Shown here one piece after another: positions 10,189-21,977 of a stretch of 64,000 nt of DNA; within the stretch, counting starts at the first letter, position 1; the number at the start of each line of letters is the position of its first letter. This stretch comes from an uncultured Nitrososphaerales archaeon (GTDB lineage: Archaea > Thermoproteota > Nitrososphaeria > Nitrososphaerales > Nitrososphaeraceae). The position numbers were made by a program, and so were the translations under genes. The stretch spans positions 128,001-192,000 of the forward strand of contig CAVQMO010000005.1 of NCBI GenBank assembly GCA_963713605.1. The letters are read 5' to 3'. Under the pieces are notes generated by a model. It saw only the letters and a list, made by a program, of their open reading frames with translations, was not told the origin of the DNA and searched no databases.

Positions 10189-11277
10189 ATTCGCAGCATA
10201 GATCCTGCTTCGAGAAGAGATCTATGATTTAATATATAGACTGATAGGCCAGAACTTAAACGAAATCTGTCGGTCTTATTGTCAGATTGAAAGGAACTAG
10301 TTTGATGGCCATCATTATAGTAACTGTTGCTTCTTTAGCCCTTTTACTGGTGCTACTTCCTACCCTGTGGCAAACGCAAAGTATTCAAACAGATCATATA
10401 TAATAAAAATGGATTGATAAGCAGACAACCAGTATGTATGCGATCAGAAACCTGGTTGCCTGACCTATTATTCTTTATGCTTGAAAGTGAGGTTCTTTGA
10501 GTGACTTAAAGGCCTCAACTGCCTGCGACTATATGCACAATATAATATAAAAGTAGATAGAGAAGGACAGCCTACGTGCAAGAATTTAGGAAGGGTGTAG
10601 GCGCCCTTCTCCCCTTGCGAACTGACTGCTTGGATTTAACAATTCTTGATTAACTTCGTCAAGTGACAATTTTATGCTAAGCATAGCTCAATCAATAAAA
10701 TGATTAGCAAGGCTAGGGGGAATCTCTAACCAAACCCCCATACCTAACACTCAAAATGAATACATCAGACTAGGTGTATAGATAGTTAAATAGACCTGCT
10801 TAAGGTCTTTTAATTGTAAAACTTCGAAAAATAGGATTATTGGGATATTTGATTAGTTATTGCCTTAATCATGACATGACATAGCAGTAAAAGTAAAAAA
10901 GTAAATGGAAGATTACTTTGTTATTTATTCCTCTACCTCGGTAACAGTGACCTTAAACTCGGTTAATCCCCAGTTCTTATTCATAACGAATAAACAGTGA
11001 GTCATTCCCTGGGGTTTCCTCTTTGGTATATAGGTTATACTGCGGTGCTGAGTGATCTTCAAATGGCATTTCCTAATTATGGCCTCCAAATGAACCAAAT
11101 GATAACATTAGGTTACAAATTGCCACTGGTCTTCTTCATATGTTACTTTCTGCTGTCCACCATGGAATAGGTCTTTCTTTACTTCGCGAACCAAATACTT
11201 AGGAATTCGTTTTTCCAGGACACTTGGACGTACTTGTTTTCGTTTTCATTATATAATATCATAGTGTTTCGTTTTGC

Positions 11278-11495
11278 GTTACCAAATTGATATATTAACT
11301 ATGTCACTGGTTGGATTTTCATTTTGAGTTGCTGATAAGGTTTATACGGTTCTATGGAGACATAAGTGTAACCAAATTCCGGAAAGCATTTTAATCTTTA
11401 TACCTCAATCGAACAACATACTAGCATACAGTGGATAGGGCAGGGCAATAACCTGGTCTCCATATTGCCTTGGCTTGGCTAACCCCTATCCCGTG
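11278..11495 (+). ncRNA. Candidate promoter + hairpin sRNA unit 3
   Basis: GTTACCAAATT (11278); TTCCGGAA (11377-11384)-N4-TTTTAAT; stem GGATAGGG (11433)/CCCTATCC (11484) with inner AGGGCAATA/TATTGCCTT. Confidence 0.4.
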
Positions 11496-11644
11496 AATGT
11501 ATTTAGTATAGTCGACTCTATATAATCTTCAAATATTTTGTCTACCACAACTATACAAAGTTTTTTAGGACCCCTCGCTTTAGAGATAGTTTTCAATGAC
11601 GATAGGAAGACAAAAATAGATGAAAACGGCTAAGGAGGGCAGTT

Positions 11645-11782
11645 TTGCAAAGAAAAAGTGTAACGTGTACTTTTTGTGGAAATAGTGATGGGTATAACCA
11701 GGTTCGACTGGCTGGTGGTTGGGTATACCTATGTGCATGTTGTAAGAAGGAATTGGAATTAACGAATCAGGTTATCTCTTAG
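11645..11782 (+). CDS. 45-aa CxxC...CxxC zinc-finger microprotein
   Basis: MQRKSVTCTFCGNSDGYNQVRLAGGWVYLCACCKKELELTNQVIS*; AGGAGG upstream of the TTG. Confidence 0.55.
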   Translation: MQRKSVTCTFCGNSDGYNQVRLAGGWVYLCACCKKELELTNQVIS

Positions 11783-12050
11783 TTATCCAAGACCAGACAA
11801 GTGTAAGTGCAGTGGAGAATAATATCCCCCCTTTGCGGTCACGATTGCAAAGGGTATCATTGATTAGTATCTGACAAAGAACCAGTCTGACACTAAAGGC
11901 GAAGAATAAGGCGCCATTACGTAATACTATTTCTATGTTTGTAGTGAAACAATGGAAGTTACAACCGGGTGACGAATCAGAATGATCGTTCGAGGTATCT
12001 AAAGACGGAGACTTGGTATTAGTAGCGATAAAGATTAAACTAAGAAGTAA

Positions 12051-12176
12051 TTACTTTACATGTTTATGATTTAGTTTGTGCGTTACGCAGTATTTTTTAT
12101 CTGTGTTACAATCTTCACATTCTTCTGTGGCCATAAAAGTGCAGGCAAATTTACTGCACGTGTTACCCTCTGACAT
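12051..12176 (-). CDS. 41-aa B-box-like zinc-finger microprotein
   Basis: MSEGNTCSKFACTFMATEECEDCNTDKKYCVTHKLNHKHVK*; TATA CTTTATAA about 25 nt upstream. Confidence 0.6.
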   Translation of the reverse strand: MSEGNTCSKFACTFMATEECEDCNTDKKYCVTHKLNHKHVK

Positions 12177-12243
12177 TTACTCATTCAATCCTTTGTTGAC
12201 TTATAAAGTTAAAGTTAGAAGACGTTATATTATGATATGACAG

Positions 12244-12378
12244 TTATTGGTTCTTTCTATGCGTAGACGCATGTTCCTTAATATGGACTCCGCATAAATA
12301 TTGATTGCACTCTTGACATTGTTGAACACATACCCTTTGACAGACACTACAAATTCCTTGGGACAATTCATTACCCAA
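12244..12378 (-). CDS. 44-aa B-box-like zinc-finger microprotein
   Basis: MGNELSQGICSVCQRVCVQQCQECNQYLCGVHIKEHASTHRKNQ*. Confidence 0.6.
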   Translation of the reverse strand: MGNELSQGICSVCQRVCVQQCQECNQYLCGVHIKEHASTHRKNQ

Positions 12379-12387
12379 TGTGTTTGT

Positions 12388-12612
<225 letters not shown>

Positions 12613-13169
12613 CTATCATAAGGCTACTCACTAGTGCAAAAATCACGGCAAACCAAATATTGTTTAAAGATAGTTTGCGGTAATCTGACAACTTTGTCAT
12701 TCACTGAATACCCCCTCTTTATAGTTTTTAATTACTTACCTATGGAAACCAATTACAGAAGTATCTATGGAAAAATCATATGTGGTTTCGTTTTACCCAA
12801 ATTTTTGATATGCCGTAAAACTAATCATTTTCCCAAAAGGGGTAGTAGGAGCACAAAATAATTGAATCAAGTCATTAAAGCCTAGGGATAATATTCACAG
12901 CGGCAGGAAAAAATGTTCTGGAGAAGATCATGTAAAAATCTTATATAAAGAGACTCAGTAATATTTCTCCAGAGTGCGAAGATGACCATCGGATGAGATG
13001 GATTTGCATTCACTGTAATAGCATAATGGACTGCACAAACTTTACGGAGTTCATAAAGCAAAGCGACAACAACAAAAACAGCAATCAAGAAGTGAAAGTA
13101 GAATATCACGCTTGGCGACTACTTGCAGACTAGAGTAATGCCCAAACTGTCGCGTCTCCCTGGACACAG

Positions 13170-13540
13170 CCAATTTATTGCCATGTTTATAGAGACAGAG
13201 TAGCTGTTGATTTTCTTAGAAAGCCTAAGAAGAGTACTCTAATTACAATTCCTTATGACTCTTTATGACTCTGACAGAAATGTCAAGTTTAGATGGAGGA
13301 AAAAAGCAGATTGGAATCGTGCCGCCCCGTTGGCGGTTATTGCATTACCTCTAGTACTCGCCGAAGGGTTTATGTAAAGACAGGCGGTAATTACAGTCAT
13401 CAAATATGAAGATTCTAATTCACAGGAACAAACGGTAGTAATAGATTTCCTAGTCGATGTAGGATCGGCACAACCACCCATATATACAAAATTCTTAGAG
13501 GCACAGGTAAGGAAACAGGACAAAGCCTACCCTACCTAGA
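13170..13540 (+). pseudogene. Degraded hypothetical gene (frameshift and internal stop)
   Basis: Protein-like stretches LITIPYDS...GGKKADWNRAAPLAVIALPLVL...*...TVIKYEDSNSQEQTVVIDF...AQPPIY. Confidence 0.35.
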
Positions 13541-13727
13541 AGTTCATTTCTCAGCAATTAAAAATTAAAGAGGGAAATCCAAGTCAGTCTATGAAACTGC
13601 TTGTGTCACTATCTCTCGCTCGACAGTAGTCCCTTATTATATGAATCTGCATTGGATCGTCTGAGGTCCGAGTACAAAAAAGTCTGGGAGTCTCACAAAG
13701 GAGGTCTCTGGTAATTATCCATGAAAT

Positions 13728-14133
13728 CTACGCGGAATATCCGGTGCTGATATGAAGCACGATACAGTCCCTCTTAAATCTCCAGGAGCAGTAACAGTAC
13801 ATTGTTATAATAATCCCCTGACCCTGGCAACTTTCTACCGTTACATGAAACGGTCCCGCAGGTGATTCTTTTACTTGCTCCTCCTCTTCATTAAACTTTG
13901 AAATCTGTAGGGTAGTAGGTGAGTTGGCTGTACCGGCATCCTGTGTTTGTGGGCTGGTTTTTACCACAGTTGGTACCAGTATCACAGTAAATACCATTTC
14001 CTTGTGACTGAGTAATGGTATTGGCGTATTTGGCGTTTGCATAATTTGTAATGCCGATGCCACCTGATAATAGTGGTAAACCCGAAGTTAAGACTAAAAC
14101 TACTGCAAATATCGAAATATATTTAATTTTCAC
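13728..14133 (-). pseudogene. Secreted hypothetical protein, frameshifted
   Basis: Signal peptide MKIKYISIFAVVLVLTSG...CDTGTNC continues in the overlapping frame as TSPQTQDAGTANSPTTLQISKFNEE. Confidence 0.5.
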
Positions 14134-14938
14134 ATAATGCTATTACGGAATGTGTTTTCATGGACTCGTAGACATTTCATTCCCTATAAGAAATAAGTCG
14201 AATTTACCTTAGTTTTTTTCATATAACTATATATACCGTATTTATAAGCACTCGCCGCCCATAGTACAATATCAAGAATTGATAAATACATTGAAGGACA
14301 ACGACACCAATAATGAAAACGCAAAGAAGAAATGTAGTTGGCTCGACTGTGATCTTCCGGCTACAGAAGAGTGTGCTTATTGCGGTAGAAAATATTGTAC
14401 AGAACACAGTGTTAGACACGAACTCGAACGGCATGGTAACAAAACCTAGTTAAATCTTGTAGCCGATCATTATTATTGGCAAAGGTGAGAGTGCAACGGA
14501 CAACCAACCTTTGAGTTAGGTTGGGTCTAATATTATGATTGTGTCTGGCACGTCATTTTTCCTCAGGAAATTTCTTGACAATGTTCTTTACATGTTTCTT
14601 ATGATTAGTATTCTGCCAACTCAAGTGAAAATCTCCAACATAAAGATCTTAATAACTAATGTAGTACATATCAGGTAATTCAAGGTAAGCCTCTTTTGCC
14701 TTGGATATATTGCTCTATCACGTTATTGAATACTTCAGGGTCGTAAGCATGTCTGTCATGTTGTTGTTGGGGAATCTGCTTGTACTGCTACTGCTGATGT
14801 TGTACGTCTGCTGTTGCTACCCCTTCGCCTTGAGTCTCATCTACTAGCACAACTAGTTCATGCGTAAACTATTATTTATTATCAATAAATCCTGATAATA
14901 CTATACATTATTATTAAGCACAAAATAAATCTTGACCA

Positions 14939-15517
14939 CTGACTACTGATCAATTTCGTCCTAGCAAGGAGGGGAAGAGATCACTCGCGATTCTATTCCT
15001 CATCCTTTTTGTTTCAATCACCTCTGCAACGATTCTGGACTGGGCCGTTCTACCTTACAATTTGCCCCCATTTGCCACATTAACAATCTGGTGGGTAATT
15101 TTTGCCATTATCACGCTTATCCTGTTATCCTACTTTCGTCACATGTTGCTCCCATTGCGGGATAGGATGAAAAACAGTAGCACTTGGCCTATGAGCGCCA
15201 AAGTGATAAACGGCATATGTTGGGCAGGTCCCTTTGCAATGATACCTATATTCCAATTTATGTATCCGTACTTGGTCCTATTGGGGATTGGGGCAGGGAA
15301 TATTTGCACCTACAGTCTGTTACGCAAATATAACCATGCGTCAAACAAGGAGCAATATTTAGTGGGCATTTTATCAATCTCATTTATACCTCTGGCATTA
15401 ATTATTAATTATACAATCCTTCACAATTTAACTGATCTTACTCCCTTGGCTTCTCGGTTATTGATAGGAATAGCCTATGGGATTGGGGGCCTTTATGCAC
15501 TATCCCTGGATCAGTGA
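14939..15517 (+). CDS. Multipass membrane hypothetical protein (~6 TM)
   Basis: Frame stays open upstream of TTG 15062 to CTG 14939 and adds a TM helix; TATA-like TTATTAAG near 14911. Confidence 0.7.
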   Translation: MTTDQFRPSKEGKRSLAILFLILFVSITSATILDWAVLPYNLPPFATLTIWWVIFAIITLILLSYFRHMLLPLRDRMKNSSTWPMSAKVINGICWAGPFAMIPIFQFMYPYLVLLGIGAGNICTYSLLRKYNHASNKEQYLVGILSISFIPLALIINYTILHNLTDLTPLASRLLIGIAYGIGGLYALSLDQ

Positions 15518-16761
15518 AATCATTCAGTTTAGAACACATGTCAAATCATAATTGATCGACAACCTGTTACCATTTTTCACTGTGTACAACTTTTGAATTG
15601 AGCCCTTTGATTTTTCCTATCATGGCAAGTCGTTGCATTATGCACTATCTATTTGACCAAAAATCATTTCTTACGACACAAGTTCAAAATTATCATCGAG
15701 TACGATATTCTCCATACACCAATTAATGAGTGGCGAGTAGACTGAGAGCCTCCGATCCTCTATGTCGAACTCAATCATCAAATTATTTTTCCTTTCGTAC
15801 TCAAAAGCTAACCTTTGGAATTTGTCATTCTTAAAAACAATATAAACGTCCTTCTCTCCTGCTGTTCACTATAGCGTTCGTTTCTTCATCCAAATATTCT
15901 GCAAATTCAAAGATATCTAGCTCTCTAAATTCTTCAATAAATCAAGGTGAACCTTAACCGCTGTCCTTTTTGTTTCGTTAGCCCGTATCCTCGTATCGCA
16001 ATTAATTCTCTAGCTATTCATTCTAATTGGGGTCTACTACGGTTTTTAATTGCTGGATTTTGAAAATATTGCATAAATAAATCTAGATTAGTATCTTATG
16101 CGCTAGTTTTATTCAGATTTGGAATACTTGTTTAGTCTTATAGTTATATTTTACGTATCCTAGAGATTATTATTACTTAAATGATATAAAAAAATGGATA
16201 GGAACTAGGGGATGCGGCAGGTTACGATATGGGTACTGTATGGATATAATTTAATAATTCACTCATTACCTTATGGATATGGAAAACGAAAATTTCTGAA
16301 TTCACAGAAGACTAAATTTTCCTACGTCTATTTTTAAGATTCTCTTAGTCGTTCCCAAGAGGTTCGTGTGGTGCTTCGGCAGGGGCGGCGATAACTCAGA
16401 TTCCAAACGCATCGTTGCAGATAAAGGATTTCAAGTTAGATAGTTGCACTGTAAAAACCAATATATATCGAAGTATCTTTATTGCCAAAATTGCTTCGTT
16501 CTTCATCAGCCCATTCCTAACTTGGCTGGAAAAGAGTTACGGAATCAAAAACCAATGCGGATTTGAGGTTCATTAAGCGTGACTTCAGTCGATTTATGGT
16601 TGATATTAGAATTGTTACATGAGCTGAACTCTGTCAATGTCAGGTAAGTGAAATGGATAAACTAGAATATGAGTATAAGAAAGGGGTTTCTGATGTGTTA
16701 CTATGTAATGATCTACTAGAAGTTCATCATAAAAAAGATATAATTCAAAGTATTATGTAGG

Positions 16762-16944
16762 TTGGTATTAACAGTGAGTAAAATCCGAACCCGAATATGT
16801 CACAGTTGCGGGGAAGAGAAGTTCATGGACTACGAACTCGAGAAAAAGTTAGGAACCAATATTCCAGTATGCCCTTGCTGCTATATTACAGCTGTTCTCG
16901 AATTGGATAAAGAAATTCATAATGAAACGCCAGTTGAACCTTAG
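16762..16944 (+). CDS. Small zinc-finger protein
   Basis: CHSC...CPCC. Confidence 0.55.
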   Translation: MVLTVSKIRTRICHSCGEEKFMDYELEKKLGTNIPVCPCCYITAVLELDKEIHNETPVEP

Positions 16945-17020
16945 CTATGCCCCCCACTATAGTAACAAGGCGATGAAACTCGATTAATGGTTGTACGATT
17001 GCAAACCTACAACCATTCGA

Positions 17021-17536
17021 TTATAGTAATCCACAATCACTTAGGCTATCAAGAATCGGTCTCAATTTAAGACCAATATCCTTTTCGTGCAAAACGAATT
17101 TACTATTCAATTGAAGGGCGATGGATAGCATGTTTCTGTCTTCTCTGGAGGTGTAAATTCCGTTTCCTATTATATTATATCTATCCGTATTAGATTTCAT
17201 CCACGTCTTCCATGTATCCATTCTTTTCAAATCTTCCTCCATCCTCCCATAAGCAAAATCTAAATCTACGTGTTCATCTTCGATGTCAAGAAGACCGAGT
17301 TTCACTAGCGGAACAAGAACCTCACCTCCAGGGACCTCTTTGTGCTCCTGGTTCATGGCCTCAATGATGGTCTCCTCATCCTCCTCTGTCTCATTACTTG
17401 ATTTCCGATCGGTTACAAATCCGTAGTTGGGAAAAAAGTACCCTGCTAAATCATTGCTCCTATCATATATCTTGTAAATCGTTTCCTCATATTCGATTTT
17501 CCATTTCTTTCTGTCCTTATCTCTCTTTAGGAACAC
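17021..17536 (-). CDS. Acidic hypothetical protein
   Basis: Intact 171-aa ORF with globular composition. Confidence 0.7.
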   Translation of the reverse strand: MFLKRDKDRKKWKIEYEETIYKIYDRSNDLAGYFFPNYGFVTDRKSSNETEEDEETIIEAMNQEHKEVPGGEVLVPLVKLGLLDIEDEHVDLDFAYGRMEEDLKRMDTWKTWMKSNTDRYNIIGNGIYTSREDRNMLSIALQLNSKFVLHEKDIGLKLRPILDSLSDCGLL

Positions 17537-18729
17537 GATATCGAAGGTATTTGTGAGCAGGCGATTTTAATCTTGTCCACGGTGTTGTGACTCTGCTTGT
17601 CTAATGTCGCGAATAGTGAGTTCGGCCCAGAATTCAGATCTACCAAATTCCATATATTGTGGCGGATGTCCCCCACAATATAGGAATAATTAAAGCATCT
17701 ATTTGTTTCAACGAGAAGTTTTTTTAATTAGGTTAGAGGAACTATTTTAATGTGGCTGGAACTGATGTGTCCTGTCCCTGAACTTAAAATCTAGGGGCTC
17801 GGCGCTTCAAAGGGGCCTCGTGCCGTTATGGTTTTCCGTTGAATTTAATGAACAATAACAAGATGTATACCTAAAAAATATTTGCTTTCGATATGAAAGA
17901 GAAGGGATCGAGGCCGAAGCTTTAATCATATTCCGTCAAGGTACTGATCTAAATATATCAGCGGATATAAAGTGAATCTGAAAAAGAGACCATTCAACTA
18001 TTGTTGCTCGTGAATTCAATCTATAAAATTCATAGGAGTGTTGCTTGGCTGTTTTGAACTTTAAAAGACATTTGTCGATCCTGACCAGCACTCTTATCAG
18101 TGATGTAATTAGTGATTTAACCGAAGAATAAAGTACCGGTTTGTTTTGCATAAGTATTCCACTCAATTTTTTGGATACCCAATTGAGGGCTTCAACCTGA
18201 TTTGCAATGTTCCATAATCGACTTGGATCCATATCGGTGTGCTGAAATTCCCATCTTTTCTGAGTAATTTGATCACTAACCACGGTATAAACTCGTTGAA
18301 TTACCAATTCATTAGCTCCTGGGTAGTATTGTTGTTGTTGCTGCTACTCCACGTTTGACCTAGGCATAAATGTAGATCATGAATTCGAGAATTTAAGATA
18401 TGGAATACCAATCCAGAAGGGGGAGGGGATACTTAAGTTCCCATTTACAGCAATAATGGTCAGTATTCCTTCCTTGAGTCCAATTCTACTCCTATTGGAA
18501 TCAAAAATGTGCCAAAGTGCTATCTTCACCTGGATGCAACTCTGGCACTAGCTGGGGTTAGCAGTTCAGGAGCTCCCCAGCGATAGAATTCGGGCATAAA
18601 AATAATTGTTGACTCCTATCTAATCAATACCCCAACTTGGTCACAGCTATGTATGTGATTTATCTATACTGGCTACAATGCATATGCCCATCGATGCATT
18701 GAGAGTTAAAATATTAGATATGATAACTC

Positions 18730-19014
18730 TCATGAATAGCTTTTGTGAACGTAACACCATCTCCACTGTTTGTTAGGTAAGGCTACCATGGTTGGGTGAC
18801 CGGTTCGCTCAAAGTGTTTAGTAGCATGAAGCCCTTCTGATGAATCGCAACAGCCCACATGACCGCACGTCAAACACATTCGTAATGCCACCCAGTCAGT
18901 ACCTTCTACTTCGCACTCCTGACATGACTTTGTACTAGGAGTTACTTTGCTTTCATCTAACCCGGCAAAATGTTCGCACCGACTCTCTTTGTCGGTTCCA
19001 CTAAGACCATACAT
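18730..19014 (-). CDS. UBP-type zinc finger (zf-UBP) protein
   Basis: CEH...CQEC...LRMCLTCGHVGCCDSS..HATKH...WCYVH. Confidence 0.9.
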   Translation of the reverse strand: MYGLSGTDKESRCEHFAGLDESKVTPSTKSCQECEVEGTDWVALRMCLTCGHVGCCDSSEGLHATKHFERTGHPTMVALPNKQWRWCYVHKSYS

Positions 19015-19156
19015 TAGAAAGACAATTGGTTAAGTGAAATTTATAAACTATTACCACAGAGCCATCCTCAGGTAGGACTTTATACTGTAGTCATTGGCGA
19101 GTGATTCATGCGACTATGCAGTGGGGCTAGAAGAAACAAGCGAATGCATGGGCACG

Positions 19157-19826
19157 TTAGTCTTCTGCACAACGCTTTACGGAGTGCTCCAGGTAAGTGC
19201 GAATTTGGTGAACTCTTCTATGTTCATAACTAGTCCATAATATCCACTTAACATTTTCTAAAGTCGACTGATAATGCTTTTCTATATTCGATGCTGTAGC
19301 ATCGGATATCAATATGACGTCATAACCCAGATTGAAGGCGTCTCTTAATGAGGATTCTACGGAGATTGAAGTATCTATTCCACAAAATATCAGAGTGTCT
19401 ACTCTTACACTCTTAAGCCATACTCCTATTTCGGTGTCATAGAATGCAGAATCACGTCGCTTTCTAATTACATGGTCTGAATCAGTTGGCTTTATTTCAT
19501 CCACGATCTCCGCATCCCAGAGTACCTCTCACACAAATGGGTTTCATTCTTATTCTTTCCTCACGAGATTTTGGAAGAATTCGGTGAACATTCGTTAGGA
19601 GATCAATTCCTGAGGGTTCGCGTATAGACTTGGGTATAAAAAATAGGAACCTTTGAGTTTCTACATACACTAATAAGTTTTGCAATCTTTGGAATAACAT
19701 TGATATACTTTGAAATATCGATACCCAATTGGTCGTAAGAACCACCTTTTGCCCAAAGCCATTTTGAACATCGATGACTAATAATGCGGGTCGAATTGTA
19801 TAGTCATTAACCTTCATAAATCTCAA
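19157..19826 (-). CDS. Isochorismatase-family cysteine hydrolase-like protein, several frameshifts
   Basis: PALLVIDVQNGF; KRRDSAFYDTE; GIDTSISVESSLRDAFNLGY. Catalytic Cys position reads Ser. Confidence 0.8.
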
Positions 19827-20828
19827 GCTGTTGTTAGGAATTCAACGTATGAAACCAAATATATTTGATCAAATTAGAAATTTCTCTGGCCATTCAATTA
19901 ATATAATAAGCCGCTTAAGTATTTGCAATATGATGGTTCCAATAATCTTGGAAATTTATTGCTTGCAACTTGTAATCGGCACTGATCAGCCAATAGCATT
20001 AATTAGTATAAGAGCGTGATCGAACTGTCGTTAATTAGCATAAGACCTTGATATCGCGTTCACAGAAAATCAAAATAGAATGCAGTAAAATTAACAGAAA
20101 CTTGAATAGGACAGTTGGGCAATCAATAAATCATCAATTTCTGTGTCATTATTACATTGAGACAAATCTTGTTAAGGAATCAGTTCTCTATCTTTAATCT
20201 ATTTTGGTGAAAGTTATACACTATTCAAGCTTATAACACGCATTTGCCGATCCTTCAAAGTAGAACGATATGGAATTTAAGACTGTTTAATTTCGACCCT
20301 TATTGGCATAGCGCTGAACTCATCAATTTCATTTATCACCTTGCTGCCTCCTCATACTAACATTCTTTTCTATGCCTCCAGTTATCAATCGGTACTCCAT
20401 ATCGCAAATGTTACACCTGTAAACCGTGAGATCTTCGGAAGTGAAACTTATAGCTGTCAATCTACTACAATTGACACATGTAAAATCCATATCTTTCACC
20501 TGTTAAATGCAGAGAGGGAGTTATTATGTTTATATGTCTAGATCATGAATAAGTATACTATTGATGAGTTTTCTAGTACCTTATACCAACTAGTGGAGAC
20601 CATTTCTTTTTGACCCGCCAGTCTATATCAATGACTACTCAGCATAAAACGTTTATAGATACTATATCCGTCTTTATTGAAATTAATAGTTATATTCAGC
20701 TATATCTATCTTATTTCAGATTCAAAAATACACAAATCATGAGCAGAGGAGTTCTAGAATAATATTATATAACTCATATTTAGTAGACTTATTAAGTACC
20801 TAAATGATCTTATCACATAGTATAGAAA

Positions 20829-21305
20829 GTGGCTACGGAGGCAATTATTCAGAATCAATTAGTCCTGAAGTTCTCTATGATGGGTATTGTTGCGGTTACT
20901 GCTGTTGTGCTGGCTTTCCTGTCATTACCTGAGATGGTGCCAGGTCAGGTGTCAGCTCAGATAACCCCATCGTCAAATGTAGAATCTTCAAATACTGGTA
21001 TAGGTTTTATGGCACAGAATTCAGCTGAGCCGGTGCAAAATAGTACTAGTGCGAACATAACCCAACTTGCTACTATCCCTTCAGCAGCTAATCAGCCAAT
21101 CACCCCCGCAACTTTTACTCCAATAAGTGAAGGAAATGTAGACTCTGACGATAGTTCTAGCAGCAATGATGACGACGAAAGCGATAGTGGTAGCAGCGAC
21201 AATAACAGTGATGATAGCGATGATAGTGATAATAGCGATGATGACGGAGACGGAGGTAGCAGCGCATCTGCAGGAGGGGGAGGAGCATTCGCATTTGCAG
21301 GTTAG
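20829..21305 (+). CDS. Secreted low-complexity protein with Asp/Ser-rich tail
   Basis: Signal peptide ending VSAQ; DSDDSSSSNDDDESDS...; Ala/Gly-rich C-terminus. Confidence 0.7.
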   Translation: MATEAIIQNQLVLKFSMMGIVAVTAVVLAFLSLPEMVPGQVSAQITPSSNVESSNTGIGFMAQNSAEPVQNSTSANITQLATIPSAANQPITPATFTPISEGNVDSDDSSSSNDDDESDSGSSDNNSDDSDDSDNSDDDGDGGSSASAGGGGAFAFAG

Positions 21306-21471
21306 TGGAATCTCTACTAGGAACCTGCTGACGCAATTGCTTCCCATTATTCACTTTTTCAGATTGCAATAGAACCCTTGATAATCTGGGAATTGGAATT
21401 AACTCAGTAATACTTTCTGTCGCTAACATATTCTGATAAATCGATACGAGTTCATCAAATAACACTTGATG

Positions 21472-21750
21472 CTACCCGCTTGAAACAGTAGGAAGCCCTG
21501 GGGGAGAGAACTCTTTACCTGTAGCCATTGAGACTCTTGTTATCCACTCACAATTAATCCCTACTTTGTTATGGTGTTTTACAACCGCCTCCTCATCAGG
21601 GGCATCGAGTAGGCAGAAGCAAACGTTTGCATCATGATTATAGAAGAGGTTAACATGGCTCACACCAAATTCGTCTTTGGGAGAGTGTACCAATTCCTTC
21701 AGTTGGTCTTCCTTAAAGGGCACTTTATGAACGTCCAAATAAGTAGGCAA
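21472..21750 (-). CDS. DUF4242 / SCO4226-like metal-binding protein
   Basis: YLDVH...FCLLDAPDEEAVVKHH..G..C..ITRV. Confidence 0.75.
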   Translation of the reverse strand: MPTYLDVHKVPFKEDQLKELVHSPKDEFGVSHVNLFYNHDANVCFCLLDAPDEEAVVKHHNKVGINCEWITRVSMATGKEFSPPGLPTVSSG

Positions 21751-21977
21751 ATCAGGGTATTACCTCCACTATAAGAGTTATAAGTGCTTTCTTGTTGGAT
21801 TATACGCATTAGATAATACGATCAAATATCCCCGAATGCCCAATTTCTAAACGTTAATCATTGATCCGTCTACTTTCAAACTGCCTTTTGATAAGCATTT
21901 ATATCTTTAGGATGAGGTAAAGAACTCAAGGTTCATTATATCTGCCTTCCACTGATTCAAATACCATTTCTGAGGAT

